A stretch of 59,299 nt of DNA from Firmicutes bacterium UBA3576 (GTDB lineage: Bacteria; Bacillota; Sulfobacillia; UBA3569), in contig DFND01000096.1 in the NCBI GenBank assembly GCA_002375895.1, positions 1 to 59,299 of the forward strand, given 5' to 3'. The notes beneath the pieces were generated by a model, which saw only the letters and a list, made by a program, of their open reading frames with translations, was not told where the DNA came from and did no database searches. Shown here one piece after another: positions 56,715 to 59,299 of the stretch (positions within the stretch are counted from its first letter, which is position 1; the number at the start of each line of letters is the position of its first letter). The position numbers and the translations under genes are program-made.

Positions 56715-57509
56715 TCAGCGGGGTTTGACCTCGAGCGAGGAGCCCGGCTTCGCCACCTGCCGCCCCTGATGATCGATGTAGTATTCTCCCCTGTGGAGGA
56801 GCTCGGAGACGGGGACCATCTCGTAACCCTGGGACCTGAGATAGGCGATGATGCCGGGCAGAGCCTCGGGCGTGTGCTTGCCGTTGTTGTGGAAGAGGAT
56901 TATGGAGCCGGGCTTTACCCTCCGCGTGACGCGTTCGACCATGGCCGGCCCGGAGAGGTCGTGCCAATCCAGGGAGTCCACGTCCCACTGTATGGTCACC
57001 AGCCCGAGCTCGTCCTCGGCCACCGCCAGAAGCCTGTCGCTGTAGGCGCCGAAGGGGGGCCGGAAGAGCCACGGCCGCCGTCCCGTCACCTCCTCGATGA
57101 TCCTGCGGTTCTCCTCCAGCTCCCAGATGATGTCCTCCCGGGACAGCGTGGTCATATCCGGGTGGGTGGTGGAGTGGAGGCCGATCTCATGGCCCTCCTC
57201 CGCTATCCTCCTGGCCATCTCCGGGTAGTCCTCCACCCAGAAGGAGACCAGAAAGAAGGTCGCCTTGATGTCGTTCTCCCGCAGGATCTCCAGGATGCGC
57301 GGGGTCCTCTCCGCTCCCCAGGCGGCGTCGAAGGTGAGGGCCACCTTCTTCTCCTCGGTGGCCACGGAGTATATGGGGAGGCGCCTCGAGGCCTTGAAAA
57401 CCGAGATGGCCCGGTCCAAGAGGTCTCCCCTCAGCACAAGGACCGCTAGCAACACCAGGGCCGCCGCCAGGGCCAGGCAGCGCCTGTTGACCCGGAGCAC
57501 CACCAGCAT
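56715..57509 (-). CDS. pdaB: Polysaccharide deacetylase, PdaB-like (copy 1)
   Basis: ALTFDAAWG, GLHSTTHP, LFRPPFG, QWDVDSLDW, ILFHN. ATG 57509. Confidence 0.88.
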   Translation of the reverse strand: MLVVLRVNRRCLALAAALVLLAVLVLRGDLLDRAISVFKASRRLPIYSVATEEKKVALTFDAAWGAERTPRILEILRENDIKATFFLVSFWVEDYPEMARRIAEEGHEIGLHSTTHPDMTTLSREDIIWELEENRRIIEEVTGRRPWLFRPPFGAYSDRLLAVAEDELGLVTIQWDVDSLDWHDLSGPAMVERVTRRVKPGSIILFHNNGKHTPEALPGIIAYLRSQGYEMVPVSELLHRGEYYIDHQGRQVAKPGSSLEVKPR

Positions 57510-57558
57510 AATAACCCCTCCGGACAATACTTACGCTGCCCGGAGGGAGTGAAGAACC

Positions 57559-58344
57559 TCAGTCCGCTGACGGGCGCTCGGAGCCGTCGGGAAGGTCCAC
57601 CTGCCTGCCCATGGGGTCCACGTAGTAGTCGCCCTTGTGGAGGAGCTCGGAGACGGGCACCATCGCATAGCCTCGTTCCCTCAGGAAGGCTATGATCTCA
57701 GGCAGGGCCTCGGCGGTGTGCCTGGCCGTACTGTGAAAGAGGACTATGGAGCCTGGCCTTACCGCCCGGGTCACCCTCCTCACTATGGCCCGTGCGGATA
57801 GGCCGCGCCAGTCCCGCGAGTCCACGTTCCATTGAATGGCCACCAGCCCGAGCTCGTCCTCGGCGATGGACAGCAGCCGGTCGTCGTAGGCGCCGAAGGG
57901 TGCCCGGAAGAGACGGGCACGCTGTCCCGTGACCTCCTCGATGGCCCTCCGGTTCGCCTCCAACTCGGCGATGATGTCCTCCCGCGAGAGCCGCCTCATA
58001 TCGCGGTGGCTAGTGGAGTGAAGTCCGATCTCGTGCCCACCCCGAGCTATCATCCGCGCCATCTCCGGGTAGCGCTTCACCCAAGGCGTGGTGAGGAAGA
58101 AGGTGGACCTCACGCCGTGAGCCTGTAGGACCGCTAGGATCCTGGGGATGGCCTCAGGATCCCACGGCGCGTCGTCGAAGGTAAGGGCCACCTTCCTCTC
58201 GTCGGTCATCACCGAGTTAATGGGCATCCTCCTCGGGGCCGACGTCACTTGACGACGCCCGATCTCAAAGGTCAGGGGCAGGGCCAACATCAGGGCCGCC
58301 GCCACGGCCAGGTGCCACGCCTTGATCCTGAGCACCAGGAACAC
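57559..58344 (-). CDS. Polysaccharide deacetylase, PdaB-like (copy 2)
   Basis: ALTFDDAPW, GLHSTSHR, LFRAPFG, QWNVDSRDW, VLFHS; tandem paralog of copy 1. Confidence 0.88.
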   Translation of the reverse strand: MFLVLRIKAWHLAVAAALMLALPLTFEIGRRQVTSAPRRMPINSVMTDERKVALTFDDAPWDPEAIPRILAVLQAHGVRSTFFLTTPWVKRYPEMARMIARGGHEIGLHSTSHRDMRRLSREDIIAELEANRRAIEEVTGQRARLFRAPFGAYDDRLLSIAEDELGLVAIQWNVDSRDWRGLSARAIVRRVTRAVRPGSIVLFHSTARHTAEALPEIIAFLRERGYAMVPVSELLHKGDYYVDPMGRQVDLPDGSERPSAD

Positions 58345-58422
58345 GATGATCCCCCTGGAGGACCCTACGCCGGGCGGCCCGAGTTAAGAACCGCAAGGGC
58401 ACTGGCGAACCTCACCGCCCGC

Positions 58423-58938
58423 CTATTCTCCCCCTCCGCCACCCCCTATGATGTACTCGCACCTCTCATCGCCCATGCCCATCCTCCGCACGGGCAGCAC
58501 GGGAGGCGGGTCGCCGAGCAGCACGGACAACCACGCCTCCCACAGGCCCGGGCAGCCGAGACAGGCCTGGTCTGACCTCGGAAGGCCCGCCCGGCGGGAG
58601 CCCTCGTAAGCCTTGCACCGGTCGATGAGCACCCGGCAGCGGCCGTCGGGCAGGACTTCGAAGGAGGCAACTACCGTATCCCCCATGAGCATGGGGGTAT
58701 AGGCTCTGATAATGGCCAGGGCATCGGTGAGATCGTCGGCGCGCTCCTTGCCCAGCGCCCTCAGCATCGCCCTCATCTCCAAGCGCCCCTGGGCCGCGCG
58801 AACCCTGGCGTTGATCCTCACCGCCGTATCCAGGCCGCACTCCTCCATCACCTTGAGAAACCACTGCCCGTCCCAGGCCATGGCCAGCTCTCCCATGACC
58901 CGGGCCCTCACCTCGGCCGGCAACCTGTACTCCCTCAC
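58423..58938 (-). CDS. Hypothetical protein, DUF6125-like (V4R/H-NOX-like ligand-binding fold suspected)
   Basis: AWDGQWF...GLDTA N-terminus and Cys-containing C-terminal half; GTGA overlap with the thiolase stop. Confidence 0.6.
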   Translation of the reverse strand: MREYRLPAEVRARVMGELAMAWDGQWFLKVMEECGLDTAVRINARVRAAQGRLEMRAMLRALGKERADDLTDALAIIRAYTPMLMGDTVVASFEVLPDGRCRVLIDRCKAYEGSRRAGLPRSDQACLGCPGLWEAWLSVLLGDPPPVLPVRRMGMGDERCEYIIGGGGGGE

Positions 58939-59299
58939 GCTTCCACCCTTTCCAGGATCGTCGCTATGCCCATGCCGAAGCCGATGCACATGGTGATCAG
59001 GGCGTACCGTCCGCCCCTGCGCTCGAGCTCCCTCACGGTCGAGCCTATGAGCCTGGCGCCCGTGGTCCCCAGGGGGTGGCCGAGGGCTATGGAGCCGCCG
59101 TTGGGGTTGACCCTGCTCCAGTCGGGCTCCAGCTCCCGGCCCCAGGCCAAGACCACCGAGGCGAAGGCCTCGTTGACCTCGAACAGATCGATGTCGTCGA
59201 TCTTCATGCCGGCCTTTTCCAGCGCCTTCTTGGTTGCGTGCAGCGGCGCGTCGAGCATGATGACAGGATCGCCGCCGGTCATGGTCATGTGATGAATGC
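58935..59299 (-). CDS. Thiolase (acetyl-CoA C-acyltransferase), 3' part; the rest lies beyond the right edge
   Basis: [38 protein letters not shown]. Confidence 0.95.
   Translation of the reverse strand, partial: IHHMTMTGGDPVIMLDAPLHATKKALEKAGMKIDDIDLFEVNEAFASVVLAWGRELEPDWSRVNPNGGSIALGHPLGTTGARLIGSTVRELERRGGRYALITMCIGFGMGIATILERVEA

Noticed and set aside
4984-58425. Genome-wide reassignment of TAG to an amino acid (code-15-like)
   Set aside because: At least 13 genes end in TAG, some at conserved C-termini (HisB PSTKGVL*) or just before terminators (yerC).
1-59299. tRNA (including tRNA-Pyl), rRNA, T-box or pyl genes in the window
   Set aside because: None recognised. The machinery needed for amber read-through, if it exists, must lie elsewhere in the genome.

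Overview
GC-rich window from what looks like a sporulating, peptide-utilising Bacillota (Firmicutes) chromosome (inferred from SASP, PdaB, GH18 cortex hydrolase, AcuABC and M42 genes). It contains, in order: a CRISPR array of 12 identical 30-bp repeats; a Crp/Fnr regulator; a complete his operon (hisZGDCBHAF-IE, minus strand); a lower-GC type III-C CRISPR effector cassette (cmr1-cmr6-cas10/csx11-cmr4-cmr5-cmr3) lying between yerC/hisR and hisZ; a THF riboswitch with folT; an ATPase/TPR/BTAD regulator next to a secreted surface protein; sporulation genes; three M42 peptidases; nifS-thiI; a two-component system; acuABC; a ParA + CheW pair; tldD/pmbA; two pdaB paralogs; and the 3' end of a thiolase. 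The most striking observation is that hisG and hisD, which the ORF track splits in two, are not frameshifted. Each is interrupted by one in-frame TAG, at codon 109 and codon 278, and read-through restores normal-length enzymes. TAG is also the normal stop of at least 13 other genes here. This points to context-dependent amber read-through (pyrrolysine or a suppressor tRNA), with early pseudogenisation or base-call errors as the alternatives. No pyl genes, tRNA, cas1, cas2, cas6 or IS elements were recognised in the window.
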